From an uncultured Verrucomicrobiota bacterium (GTDB lineage: Bacteria; Verrucomicrobiota; Verrucomicrobiia; Limisphaerales; CAZZJO01): DNA of 64,000 bases. The DNA lies in contig CAZZJO010000048.1 of NCBI GenBank assembly GCA_964654645.1, positions 400 to 64,399 of the forward strand, in the 5' to 3' direction. Made by a program: the position numbers and the translations under genes. Below, piece after piece: positions 40,991 to 52,114 of the stretch (its first letter is position 1; each line of letters starts with the position of its first letter). Under the pieces are notes generated by a model. It ran no database searches. It saw nothing but the letters and a program-made list of their open reading frames with translations, and was not told the origin of the DNA.

Positions 40991-41111
40991 ATGCGAGATT
41001 CAACCGGACAAACTAATAACCACTCTCTTTTTCCTCCTTCCTAGGAATGACAAAGGTGTAAACAAAGAGACCTAAGGCTGTTAACCTCCCCGTTCCACCT
41101 CTACCATCCTT

Positions 41112-41531
41112 ATGCGCCAAATCCATTCTACGTTATCCGTACAAACTAATGGGCGTGGGTTTTACGAAATAACCCGTGAGTTACGTTCGTGGATTGCACA
41201 AAATCAATGCCTATCAGGTTTGCTAACTATACAAATACTACACACATCTGCTTCGCTCCTTATACAGGAAAACGCTGACCCAGACGTGCGACGGGACCTC
41301 GAAACTTTTATGTCAGACCTGGTTCAGGATGGCGACAAGCGTTTTGTCCATCGACTTGAAGGCCCAGACGATATGCCAGCCCATATTCGAACTGCACTTA
41401 CATCAGTTAACCTCTCAATCCCCGTGCGCGACGGCAGGTTAGTCTTGGGCACTTGGCAGGGAATATATGTGTGGGAACATAGAACCGAACCTAACGCGCG
41501 ATATGTGGCTTTGCATTACATCGGTGAATGA
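41112..41531 (+). CDS. yjbQ: YjbQ/UPF0047 family protein (secondary thiamine-phosphate synthase-type enzyme)
   Basis: GLLTIQILHTSASLLIQENADPDVRRDLETF..., GPDDMPAHIRTALTSVNLSIPVRDGRLVLGTWQGIYVWEHR. 139 aa. Confidence 0.85.
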   Translation: MRQIHSTLSVQTNGRGFYEITRELRSWIAQNQCLSGLLTIQILHTSASLLIQENADPDVRRDLETFMSDLVQDGDKRFVHRLEGPDDMPAHIRTALTSVNLSIPVRDGRLVLGTWQGIYVWEHRTEPNARYVALHYIGE

Positions 41532-41733
41532 TCAAGGCATCCACCTTCATAAACACAGGTAATGCGGAGAAGTGTTTAATTGATTTTTATATTGTGCTTC
41601 AACTGTTTCCCAGGCTAAAAAGACAGAAAGCCGGGAAAATTTGGCTTTTTGCCCAAACCTGGACTTTAAACTCAAACTCGTACTTTGAAGCAAGGGCACA
41701 GCCATAAACACCATAAAACCAATAGAAACACCC

Positions 41734-44061
41734 ATGCGCCTAAAACGTTTTTTTGAGCATCTCACAAAACCGTTCGTTGCAACGGCGATTTTGACTGCAC
41801 ACTCAGTCGCCAGCGATACTAATCACACAGCTTCAACTAGTGGTTTCTGGTTCCGCGGGAAAGAACTTTTCCCTATCGACGACCAGATTGCGATTTTACG
41901 GGCGGCCGATATCGACGGTGACGGGCTGGTGGACTTAGTCATAGCTAACAACTCCAAGTCCAAAATCAATATCCTTTTCAACATGACGGGCAAAACAAAC
42001 CCCGCATCACTCCAAACAATGCACCGATTAAAACTCAATGAGCTTCCACCAGACGCCCGGTTCAAAATCGAGTCAATCGCCTCGGAAAAACGAATAGCTG
42101 CAATGGTAGTGAAAGACCTTAATTCCGACGGCAAACCAGACATAGCTTATTATGGCGATCCAAAGGAATTAATCGTCTGCTACAATCGAGGCACTAATTC
42201 TTGGACTACCAAACGATTTAAGATCACTGATGGCCTTTTAAATCCTAACGCACTTGAAGCCGGCGATATAAACGGGGATGGCTTAACCGATCTGGTGTTA
42301 CTGGGCGAACAAACAATATATGTGCTCTATCAAAAGAAGGATGGGACTTTTAGCGAACCCGAACGCATACCATTTACTACCTCAACAAAAGCAATTAATT
42401 TAGCTGACCTGAACAAGGACAGCCGACTAGACTTACTGCTCATCGATTGGGATAGTGAAACCCCAGTACGAGTCAGGTATCAAAATCCTGATGGCACCCT
42501 CGGACAAGAAATCTTCTTTAAAATCCCTCAGATCCGAGCATTTATTGTCGACACCTTCGGTACCAATAACGAACCACTCCTAGTTACCATTATGGCAAAT
42601 TCTGGCCGGGCCGCTGTATGGCAGGTTACTACAAACACAGCAGAACACCTCACTGCTAACCTTTTTGAAGGTCAATTCAGTACCTTCCCGTTATCCCAAA
42701 CTAAGGAATCACGTGGCACTTGCTGGACCGATTTCAACAAGGACGGACTTCTTGATCTAATCGTGGCCGAACCAGAATCCGGCGAAATAACCATCTACTT
42801 ACAAAACACACTTGGTGAACTCACCTATTACAAACGGTTCCCTTCACTTGCAGGTGTCACCGCAATTGAATCTGCTGATTGGAACAAGGACGAAAATCAT
42901 GAACTTTTCCTTCTCAGCCCAGCGGAACGCTTGATTGGTGTGACCTCCCCAGATCCAAACGGGCGCTTACCGTTCCCAACTTTTCTACCTATAGAAGGCA
43001 AACCATTGGCAATGACCACCGGCATACTTTCATCAAACGCCCCCCCACGAGTAATCGTCATGAGTGAGAAAGATGATATACGTCGCATTACAATCCTCAC
43101 ACCCGAGGGCCCTACCAAAACAGTCAAACTTTCTGAAACATATAAAGCCAACCCGCTGTCAATCTTAGCACACGACGCTGACCAAGACGGTCTAAATGAC
43201 ATCGTCATCTTCACCCCGTACGAAAAAATCAAGATTCTGCGCCAATTAAAAAACGGAGAATTTGAAGAGATTGACGTTGACCCTCCCGGCGGGGCTACAG
43301 GCACCATCTGGGGTGTGAGCTTGGATGTAGATGCAGATGATAAACCCGAACTCATCCTACCACAAAAAAACTTTCTTCGTGCTGTAGTGCTCCAAGAAAA
43401 ACCATCTCCAACATCCACCAACATTACATGGACGTTCAAAATTAAAGATCAAATTAACGGTATCGCAGGAACATCTAACTTGCGGGCTATCACCTCTATC
43501 CCCACGACAAACTCTACACCCGTGTTGTGTGCCCTCGATCTCGGTCAAAAATGCCTTACTTTTTACGAGCGGGATCCCCAGAGTGCTTGGCAGCCTGTAA
43601 AAAGCATCGAACTCCCCGTGCTAAATTTCACACGTGTGTTTACACTCACTATGGGCACTGACCATTCCACTGCCCTCTGCTTTGTAGGTGATAACTGCGT
43701 TGGGTTCATGAAACTCGCAGGCAAAGTAATCAACTTGACTGAAACTGACACGTACGAAACACCGATCAAGAACGCCCGGCTGCTGGATGTGATCGCTGGT
43801 GACCTGAACCACGATGGATTGAAAGACCTAGTGTTTTTAGAAACCGAAGAAAAGCATGTGGATATTGTAGAAGTGACCCCGGCTTATAAATTAGTCCCAG
43901 GGACACGGTGGAAAGTATTTGAAGACGCTACAGTGCGGAGCCGCAGTTATTTAGGTTCGCGTGAGCCCCGGGAAGCATTGGTAATTGACGTCACAGGGGA
44001 TAAAAAAGACGACCTACTCTTACTCGTTCACGATCGGGTTATTCTTTATCCTGCGGATTAG
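41734..44061 (+). CDS. Secreted FG-GAP/VCBS-repeat (beta-propeller) protein
   Basis: Signal peptide (MRLKRFFEHLTKPFVATAILTAHSVA). Ten Ca-binding-type repeat cores were counted by eye: DIDGDGLVDLV, DLNSDGKPDIA, DINGDGLTDLV, DLNKDSRLDLL, DFNKDGLLDLI, DWNKDENHELF, DADQDGLNDIV, DVDADDKPELI, DLNHDGLKDLV, DVTGDKKDDLL. Confidence 0.75.
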   Translation: MRLKRFFEHLTKPFVATAILTAHSVASDTNHTASTSGFWFRGKELFPIDDQIAILRAADIDGDGLVDLVIANNSKSKINILFNMTGKTNPASLQTMHRLKLNELPPDARFKIESIASEKRIAAMVVKDLNSDGKPDIAYYGDPKELIVCYNRGTNSWTTKRFKITDGLLNPNALEAGDINGDGLTDLVLLGEQTIYVLYQKKDGTFSEPERIPFTTSTKAINLADLNKDSRLDLLLIDWDSETPVRVRYQNPDGTLGQEIFFKIPQIRAFIVDTFGTNNEPLLVTIMANSGRAAVWQVTTNTAEHLTANLFEGQFSTFPLSQTKESRGTCWTDFNKDGLLDLIVAEPESGEITIYLQNTLGELTYYKRFPSLAGVTAIESADWNKDENHELFLLSPAERLIGVTSPDPNGRLPFPTFLPIEGKPLAMTTGILSSNAPPRVIVMSEKDDIRRITILTPEGPTKTVKLSETYKANPLSILAHDADQDGLNDIVIFTPYEKIKILRQLKNGEFEEIDVDPPGGATGTIWGVSLDVDADDKPELILPQKNFLRAVVLQEKPSPTSTNITWTFKIKDQINGIAGTSNLRAITSIPTTNSTPVLCALDLGQKCLTFYERDPQSAWQPVKSIELPVLNFTRVFTLTMGTDHSTALCFVGDNCVGFMKLAGKVINLTETDTYETPIKNARLLDVIAGDLNHDGLKDLVFLETEEKHVDIVEVTPAYKLVPGTRWKVFEDATVRSRSYLGSREPREALVIDVTGDKKDDLLLLVHDRVILYPAD

Positions 44062-45046
44062 CAGAGGCATCTGGGCGCTGCTCCGCTTCATTTATCGGGG
44101 AACCTTGAATTTCCACCTGGGTCCCCAATATCTTTTGTGTGGTACGAAAATGAAGCTTCGCAACATCTCTTAATGCTGCTGCACCATATTTTGCCACAAA
44201 TTCGCGTCCTACATCCACAACCCGCTCATTGGCACCGCACGGAAAAACAAGACTGTACTTTTCTGACATTTTACGTAAGGCGCTAATGAACTTATCACGC
44301 GCTAATATAGACGCTGCGGCTACTGCGACATCTTCCTCTGCTTTATGGCGTTGAATTAGTTCCAATTGCCGACTTCCATGCATTATGGCGCGTTCAAGCA
44401 CTGACTTACTGCTAGCGAACTGATCACTAATAGCACGCACTGGAGGGGGCTGCATCGCTTCCGCTTTCTCCATCAGGTTTTCCAGTACCCGCGCATGTGC
44501 CCAAGCAAGGATCTTATTCACACTCCGCATCCTTTCGTAGAGCCGATTGTATGCTCGATTCCCAATTTCAACCACTTCATAAACGACCCCGGGTGTCTTT
44601 CGGATCATCTTAGCCAATTCAGATATTCGAGCGTCACTGGAAATATTTTTCGAATCGCGAATCCCTGATCCACGCCACGCCCGAATAATCTGCTCATTTA
44701 CATAAACCCCGGCAGTGCATAGCGGGCCGAAATAGTCACCTTTCCCGCTTTCATCGATGCCAATCCGTGGCAAAAGTAGCTCTGGATTTAAAACCTCCTC
44801 ATATCCGAAACGGGCTTCCCCAAGCACGTAAGGTTCCAAAACATACAACACAAAATCGGCTGTAGCGCGCCCCTGTACCACAAGTTTTCCACTGGTATAA
44901 TACGCTATTGTAACTCCCGGCCCCTCCGCAAAAAAAACCGTGTACGGCGCTTCCTTAAACCGATATCCGTGTTCCAATAAATAGGATTTTAACCGGTCAG
45001 CGCGTTCCGGGCTCAAATTACACGTGTAAGAAGTAATCTTCTCCAT
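44039..45046 (-). CDS. rnhC: Ribonuclease HIII
   Basis: N-terminal RNase HIII-specific substrate-binding domain: TCNLSPERADRLKSYLLEHGYRF..PYTVFFAEGPGVTIAYYTSGKLVVQG. Catalytic block: IGIDESGKGDYFGPLCTAGV. Also DSK and ASILAR. The 3' end overlaps the convergent FG-GAP gene by 23 nt. Confidence 0.85.
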   Translation of the reverse strand: MEKITSYTCNLSPERADRLKSYLLEHGYRFKEAPYTVFFAEGPGVTIAYYTSGKLVVQGRATADFVLYVLEPYVLGEARFGYEEVLNPELLLPRIGIDESGKGDYFGPLCTAGVYVNEQIIRAWRGSGIRDSKNISSDARISELAKMIRKTPGVVYEVVEIGNRAYNRLYERMRSVNKILAWAHARVLENLMEKAEAMQPPPVRAISDQFASSKSVLERAIMHGSRQLELIQRHKAEEDVAVAAASILARDKFISALRKMSEKYSLVFPCGANERVVDVGREFVAKYGAAALRDVAKLHFRTTQKILGTQVEIQGSPINEAEQRPDASANPQDKE

Positions 45047-45369
45047 TGACTGTTAGGGCTGATCCTATCCGTCCTATCAGGACACGGCAACCGTACAATT
45101 TCCCGCTTTACAACAGTCCGCACATACTGCGCAAATATGCTTTTGCAATTGCACCCTAGGATTCCAGGACAAACCTAATATTACCCCTCACGTGCGGAAT
45201 AGAGATCCCTCCGGGTCTTGCTGCCAATTATTGAAAGTGCTGAATAAGAACCACCCATGATGTTTCCTTTTGTGGAAATTGATCCCTCCGCTACAAGCCA
45301 GTTCCATTTAACTGCCCAACAACCTCAAGGTTGATTACCATATGCACCAAGGGTAATCTCCCGTAAACA

Positions 45370-47556
45370 ATGGCCAGACAAAGCGCCAAACCTATCCCAA
45401 TTGCCATAGACCGGCTCCCAGTCATGTCATTGTTTGGTGTGGGCGCCGAGCGTTCTGCTCTACTGGCCAAGCTTGGAATACGGACTGTGCTTGATCTGCT
45501 TCTTCTCCGCCCCCGACGGTACGAAGACAGACGCCGAATCCTGCAAATAAAAGACCTCAAACCAGGCGTGCCCACTGTTGTCCGAGGTAAAATCATAACA
45601 AAAGGCACCAAACAATTCCCCCGCAGTAGAAAAACCCTGTTTGAACTTCATCTTTCAGACGAGTCCGGTCGCCTTGTTTGCAGGTGGTGGAATATGCCGT
45701 TCATGGAACGATATTTTGAATGTGGCCAAGAGCTATTTGTGTTCGGGAAACCGGAAGGCACACACCCACCACTAATGGATCACCCAGAAACCGAACCTGT
45801 GGAAAACTCGGAAGAAGAATTCATACATGTAAACCGTATCGTGCCGATTTATCCGTTGACTGAAGGTCTTAGCCAGCGGTGGTTGAGGGCGCTAATTTGG
45901 CGTGCTTTAAACCTATATCTGACCAAGATCCCTGAGCTCTGGCCTAAAATCGTAGAAGAACGTGCCATAAAAAATTTGCCACCAGACCTTGCAAACACCT
46001 TAGCAGCAACCGGAATACTGATTCCTTCAACTCACCGTCTCGTAACCCGGTGTGATTCCGTGCGCATGCTTCACAACCCTAACTCCGAACAAGAAATTGA
46101 AATTGCCCGGGCACGGTTGGCCCTCGACGAATTTTACCAGTTCCAACTAGCCCTTCAGCAAAAACGCCTCCGGTTCCTAACCCTTGCTCGGGCCCATCCT
46201 TGTGGAGGGGATAACCGGTTCATTAAACCTTTTCTCAATTCACTGCCGTTTCAACTTACGGAGGCCCAAAAACGCGTCCTGAGAGAAATCAGACAGGACA
46301 TGGCCGGGGCTCATCCAATGCGACGGTTACTCCAAGGAGACGTAGGCAGTGGTAAAACCGTGGTAGCAGCATGCGCCGCTCTCATGGCATTGGAATCCGG
46401 GTACAACGTAGCTCTCATGGCTCCTACTGAGATCCTCGCCCAACAGCACTTCCAAACCTTCAGCAAGTGGTTCACCCTACTCGGGATAAAAGTTGTCTTA
46501 CGCACTAGCGCTAGGAAAACTGAACTGGGCCCCCACATTGACGCTCCGCTTTGGGGTAACCTGCCCGACACTGGGCTGCCAACGTTGTACATAGGAACCC
46601 ATGCGCTTCTGTCCGACACATTCAAAATGAAACGCGTAGGCCTAGTCATCATTGACGAACAACACAAGTTCGGTGTAGCCCAGCGCGAAAAATTAGTCAA
46701 AAAAGCCTATTACCCGCATGTGCTTGTGATGACAGCGACGCCAATACCCCGGACACTTGCTCTGACCATCTACGGGGACTTAGACGTCTCAATAATAGAC
46801 GAGTTACCCCCAGGCCGGGGTCGAGTCCGCACATTTCTACGAACCCCAGACGCACTACCACGGGTGTGGGAATTTGTAGCAAAACAACTGCAAGTGGGCC
46901 GACAAGCTTATGTAGTTTACCCACGAATCGAAGAAACATCCGAAAACGTAAAAGCGGTACTTAAAGAGTACAAACGCCTAAAAGAAATTTTCGCCCCATA
47001 CCCAGTAGGCCTTATTCACGGACAGCTTAACCCAGAGGAAAAAGAATCGGTAATGCAGGCATTCAGGGATAATAAAATATGCGTATTAGTCACCACGGCA
47101 GTGATCGAAGTGGGACTCGACGTGCCAAATGCCACAATAATGGTAATTGAAAACGCTGAAAAATTTGGGCTTGCTCAGTTGCATCAATTGCGCGGTCGGG
47201 TAGGCCGGGGTGCTCACGAATCCTACTGTATCCTTATTTGTGGCAACCCAACATCAGAAGCTATGGAAAGATTGCAAATACTTGAAAAAACCACGAACGG
47301 CTTCGAAATAGCCGAAGCCGATATGCGCATCCGTGGGCCAGGAGATATGCTCGGATACGAGCAAAGCGGCATCCCCAAATTTGAGTTTGGAAACCTTATC
47401 ACCGACCTTCCACTTCTTAGGCTCGCAAAGTTGCTAGCGATCGAATCTATACGCGTTACCCAAACACCCGATTTTGAAGCTAACGCAGAATCTACTAATA
47501 GCCGGCACTCAAAAAAACGTCTTGGGCTCCAACCTCCAAAAAACCTACACGACTAA
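45370..47556 (+). CDS. recG: ATP-dependent DNA helicase RecG
   Basis: Wedge/OB N-domain. Helicase motif I: LLQGDVGSGKTVVA. DEQH box: IIDEQHKFGV. Also TATPIPRTL, VIEVGLDVPNATIMVIENAEKFGLAQLHQLRGRVGRG and the TRG-type motif GPGDMLGYEQSG. Confidence 0.95.
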   Translation: MARQSAKPIPIAIDRLPVMSLFGVGAERSALLAKLGIRTVLDLLLLRPRRYEDRRRILQIKDLKPGVPTVVRGKIITKGTKQFPRSRKTLFELHLSDESGRLVCRWWNMPFMERYFECGQELFVFGKPEGTHPPLMDHPETEPVENSEEEFIHVNRIVPIYPLTEGLSQRWLRALIWRALNLYLTKIPELWPKIVEERAIKNLPPDLANTLAATGILIPSTHRLVTRCDSVRMLHNPNSEQEIEIARARLALDEFYQFQLALQQKRLRFLTLARAHPCGGDNRFIKPFLNSLPFQLTEAQKRVLREIRQDMAGAHPMRRLLQGDVGSGKTVVAACAALMALESGYNVALMAPTEILAQQHFQTFSKWFTLLGIKVVLRTSARKTELGPHIDAPLWGNLPDTGLPTLYIGTHALLSDTFKMKRVGLVIIDEQHKFGVAQREKLVKKAYYPHVLVMTATPIPRTLALTIYGDLDVSIIDELPPGRGRVRTFLRTPDALPRVWEFVAKQLQVGRQAYVVYPRIEETSENVKAVLKEYKRLKEIFAPYPVGLIHGQLNPEEKESVMQAFRDNKICVLVTTAVIEVGLDVPNATIMVIENAEKFGLAQLHQLRGRVGRGAHESYCILICGNPTSEAMERLQILEKTTNGFEIAEADMRIRGPGDMLGYEQSGIPKFEFGNLITDLPLLRLAKLLAIESIRVTQTPDFEANAESTNSRHSKKRLGLQPPKNLHD

Positions 47557-48005
47557 CCTTTTTGCCCACTTCCTGCAAGCTAGGTGACCCCAATAACTCC
47601 TATAAGCGTCATGCGCGTGCACTCCCAAAACTCACATAGTTAGGTTTAGTTCTCGGCTGTGTATATGCAAAGAGCACCAGATTTCTTATCCGCTTTCCAA
47701 GCGGCACTAATAAACTGTCAAGATTAACCAAGGTGCATTTTTCACCCGGTTAGAGTCTCCGCCCTATAAGCTCTACCCTGTATATCACCTCCACTTGCCA
47801 AGCGGAAACCGATTCTCTTGAACTTAGGTACTGCGGCATAATGTCGTCATATTGGTAACCACTTTACCACCGAGGAAGAAGCGAACATATTTCAACTCCT
47901 CGAATAAAAACCACCGGAGTTCCACCAGTTACCACCTAGCGGCGGATTTTTAATCCCTTTTCACTCATTACCGACCAATACTTTCATTAGCCCAATTGTC
48001 TTTCC

Positions 48006-49790
48006 TTAAAGCATAGTTGATTCAGTGAACAGGCGATCCCACCAGGTAAGATCTATTGGGCGAATCAATTCGAAATTGCAAAGTCGTATCTCGGGTAAGC
48101 CATCTGGCATACAAACAAGTTTCTGAGCGGGATCCAACGTCAACAGCAAGTGGTCAGGCTTGGGATTAAGGTCTTCAAATCCAAGCTTGGTAATTTGGGC
48201 GAGGTACCTTGCCATGATCTCTTCTAATTGGCTTCGGGTGATTAATCCCTGGTTTAAAGCTTCCTCTGCATTCACGCCAGTATAAAACAACCCGTCGTGC
48301 TCAGCCAAAAACTCATCCGGACCATTCCAATATCCCCAAATTGTTATGTAATCGTATCCGGGAGCCAATAGCGGCTCCTCAAAAGGCCCGTGCATTTGTG
48401 AAAACCGCTTATACCTGCTAAAATCGAATATCTCGAAATCTTTCAGTTTACGACCCGTCACGTAAATGGCACGCGGATACGTGGTGGGCAGTCCCCTTCG
48501 AGACAACTCCAAAGCAATTGCAAACTCTTCAAAGGGCGAATTATAACCCCATTCAGCAGCTCTCTCCGAAAGAGGCCTGTCGCCAGTGACCCTTTCACCC
48601 ATTCTAGAGACGCGCCAAACCAAGTTTACGTTGTCCTTGGTTTTAGTGTGAAAGACGTTGTTGCGGGGTGACAAACTACGTTTAGGCGTGCGGCGCCAAC
48701 GTTCTGGCAAGAAAAAATTTAAAAGGTCAGGGTCGCGACCCACTACCCATAAAACTCCGCCTGTGCTAACTGCCCGACCCACAATGTAATCCACTCCTAA
48801 TACACGGGCCCGTTTAAGGTGAGGCGGTGGAGTCTGGGCAATGGGGGACTCGAAGCGTTTCGCCATATGGATGAGATATACCTTGCGGTGAGCGGCTCGG
48901 ACAGCATCTTCGTGTGCAGAGGTTCGCTGAAGAAGTTCATAGTCCACCACTGCGTATATAACTTGGCCATTGCGATCGCGAACGGGTTTCCCGTCACGCA
49001 AACGCAAAATTATGTGCTCGGGTTTCATATCAATCATCTGATAACCCTTTAGTGCCAGCTCGTGTGAAGCCACACCGGTTAACCACCCAAAAAAGTTCAC
49101 CCTTTCCTCATCTTTCAATCCCATCAACTCAGCAGCTTTTGCCGCATCAATCCCCTTGATCCAACCAAAAAGCAAGACGTATTGTCTGAGAATATCAATT
49201 TCCACCCCTGGGTGTTTCGCAATCTTGGCTCGGATTTTTTCTTCACACCGACCTGTTTGCCAAAGTTGAAGGCGTTGACCAGGCACATAAATCGCTAACG
49301 GGTATTGGGTTCGCACACGAATCCCTGGCGGGCCAAAATCTCCACGTCTGAGCTCCATCAACAATGCAAATTCTTCAAATGGACTATTGAACTCAGCATT
49401 GACAAACTTAGTTACGGTAAGCGTATCAAGCGGAACTTCTTCACCCACACGCGACCACTTTACCACCAATGTGTACACTCGACCGTCAACCGGGCGGGTA
49501 GGCAACTTGTAAATAGTGCTTGTGCCTTTCAGTCGTTCGCCCTGGGTCTCAAGCCATTCCCGCGCATACCAGTTTTCGGGCAAAAGGCTTCTCCACAGTG
49601 GTAAACCGTAACGCGTCAAATACAAGTCCCCACCATCTGGTGTCTTTAGCCACACATAATCCACTCCTAAAATCGAAACATGCTGGCTTAGGAACCTCGT
49701 ACCATTATACACAAATGTTGATAGCCCCAAATTGTTAAACGTGGCTATTTTGAGCTCGTCATTCCCCATCACGATTAAATAGTAAAGCAC
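48006..49790 (-). CDS. Internally duplicated protein-kinase-like-fold protein (Kdo/WaaP/RIO-like atypical kinase repeats), function unknown
   Basis: Two homologous halves, about aa 38-290 and 328-578. They share ILGVDYVW/VLGVDYIV, LVVKWSRVGEEV/LVWRVSRMGERV, FNSPFEEFALLMELRRG/YNSPFEEFAIALELSRRG and YPLAIYVPG/YPRAIYVTG. Kinase-like catalytic and DFG-like motifs are IDMKPEHIIL + VDYELL (half 1) versus EDLNPKPDHLLL + CNFELI (half 2). Start is GTG 49790 or ATG 49769, 6-27 nt after the thiC stop. Confidence 0.6.
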   Translation of the reverse strand: MLYYLIVMGNDELKIATFNNLGLSTFVYNGTRFLSQHVSILGVDYVWLKTPDGGDLYLTRYGLPLWRSLLPENWYAREWLETQGERLKGTSTIYKLPTRPVDGRVYTLVVKWSRVGEEVPLDTLTVTKFVNAEFNSPFEEFALLMELRRGDFGPPGIRVRTQYPLAIYVPGQRLQLWQTGRCEEKIRAKIAKHPGVEIDILRQYVLLFGWIKGIDAAKAAELMGLKDEERVNFFGWLTGVASHELALKGYQMIDMKPEHIILRLRDGKPVRDRNGQVIYAVVDYELLQRTSAHEDAVRAAHRKVYLIHMAKRFESPIAQTPPPHLKRARVLGVDYIVGRAVSTGGVLWVVGRDPDLLNFFLPERWRRTPKRSLSPRNNVFHTKTKDNVNLVWRVSRMGERVTGDRPLSERAAEWGYNSPFEEFAIALELSRRGLPTTYPRAIYVTGRKLKDFEIFDFSRYKRFSQMHGPFEEPLLAPGYDYITIWGYWNGPDEFLAEHDGLFYTGVNAEEALNQGLITRSQLEEIMARYLAQITKLGFEDLNPKPDHLLLTLDPAQKLVCMPDGLPEIRLCNFELIRPIDLTWWDRLFTESTML

Positions 49791-49796
49791 CTCGGC

Positions 49797-51638
<1,842 letters not shown>

Positions 51639-51684
51639 CTACAACACTAGCCTTGCAGCTACCAGCGTTGTTGAGGGTTTCTCA

Positions 51685-51822
51685 GATCTTAGGATCCCTC
51701 CGCCAGTATTACCTGGATCAGGTTCAACGGGTTTCCCTGTGCCCCCGCACAGGGATCTCAGCCTTCGCTCGCTTGTTTAAGTGCGAGTCTGGGCAGCACC
51801 CCAAAACCATACCTAACCTATC
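51685..51822 (-). promoter_or_regulatory. TPP (THI-box) riboswitch in the thiC leader
   Basis: The minus-strand RNA reads ...UUUUGGGGUGCUGCCCAGACUCGCACUUAAACAAGCGAGCGAAGGCUGAGA-UCCCUGUGCGGGGGCACAGGGA-AACCCGUUGAACCUGAUCCAGGUAAUACUGGCGGAGGGAUCC... It contains the canonical GGGGUGC, GCUGAGA, ACCC and ACCUGAUC..GGUAAUAC..GGCG.AGGGA elements in the canonical order. It ends about 90 nt upstream of the thiC ATG. Confidence 0.88.
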
Positions 51823-52114
51823 CCCACTATTAAGCCCAGTCAAGCTCCCCCCACACATTCTTGCTTGCCCCAAAGGTTTAATTCCGCAAAGCTTCTCATG
51901 AACCGAACCAACAAAGCATAGGACACTCCAGTTCCTCCGAAGTTGGATAATAGAAAGGTACTTCCTCTAGGAGTTCAGGAACCCCACCAATGAATAAGGA
52001 GATCACCCAGAATCGCTAGCTTAGGATATGTTTTCCCAACGGAAGATTAAAAGCCTGCTATCTCTGGGTTGACCGGTGTGTCGACTACCTTCTTGTCTTC
52101 GAATGGCGGGGAAA

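Noticed and set aside
45291-45611. 106-aa minus-strand ORF across the recG start region.
   Set aside because: It overlaps the well-supported recG N-terminus in antisense and has an Arg/Ser-rich composition with no motifs.
47930-47975. Weak hairpin CCACC-UAGC-GGCGG followed by AUUUUUAAU on the plus strand, considered as a terminator of recG or of an sRNA in the 450-bp convergent gap.
   Set aside because: The stem is only 5 bp with a central mismatch, and it lies about 400 nt from the recG stop. This is not enough to call a terminator or an sRNA.
51823-51880. Possible thiC promoter TTGACT-N17-TAGGTT just upstream of the riboswitch (minus strand).
   Set aside because: The -10 match is poor (3/6). 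The implied transcription start would remove part of the most plausible P1 5' strand of the aptamer.
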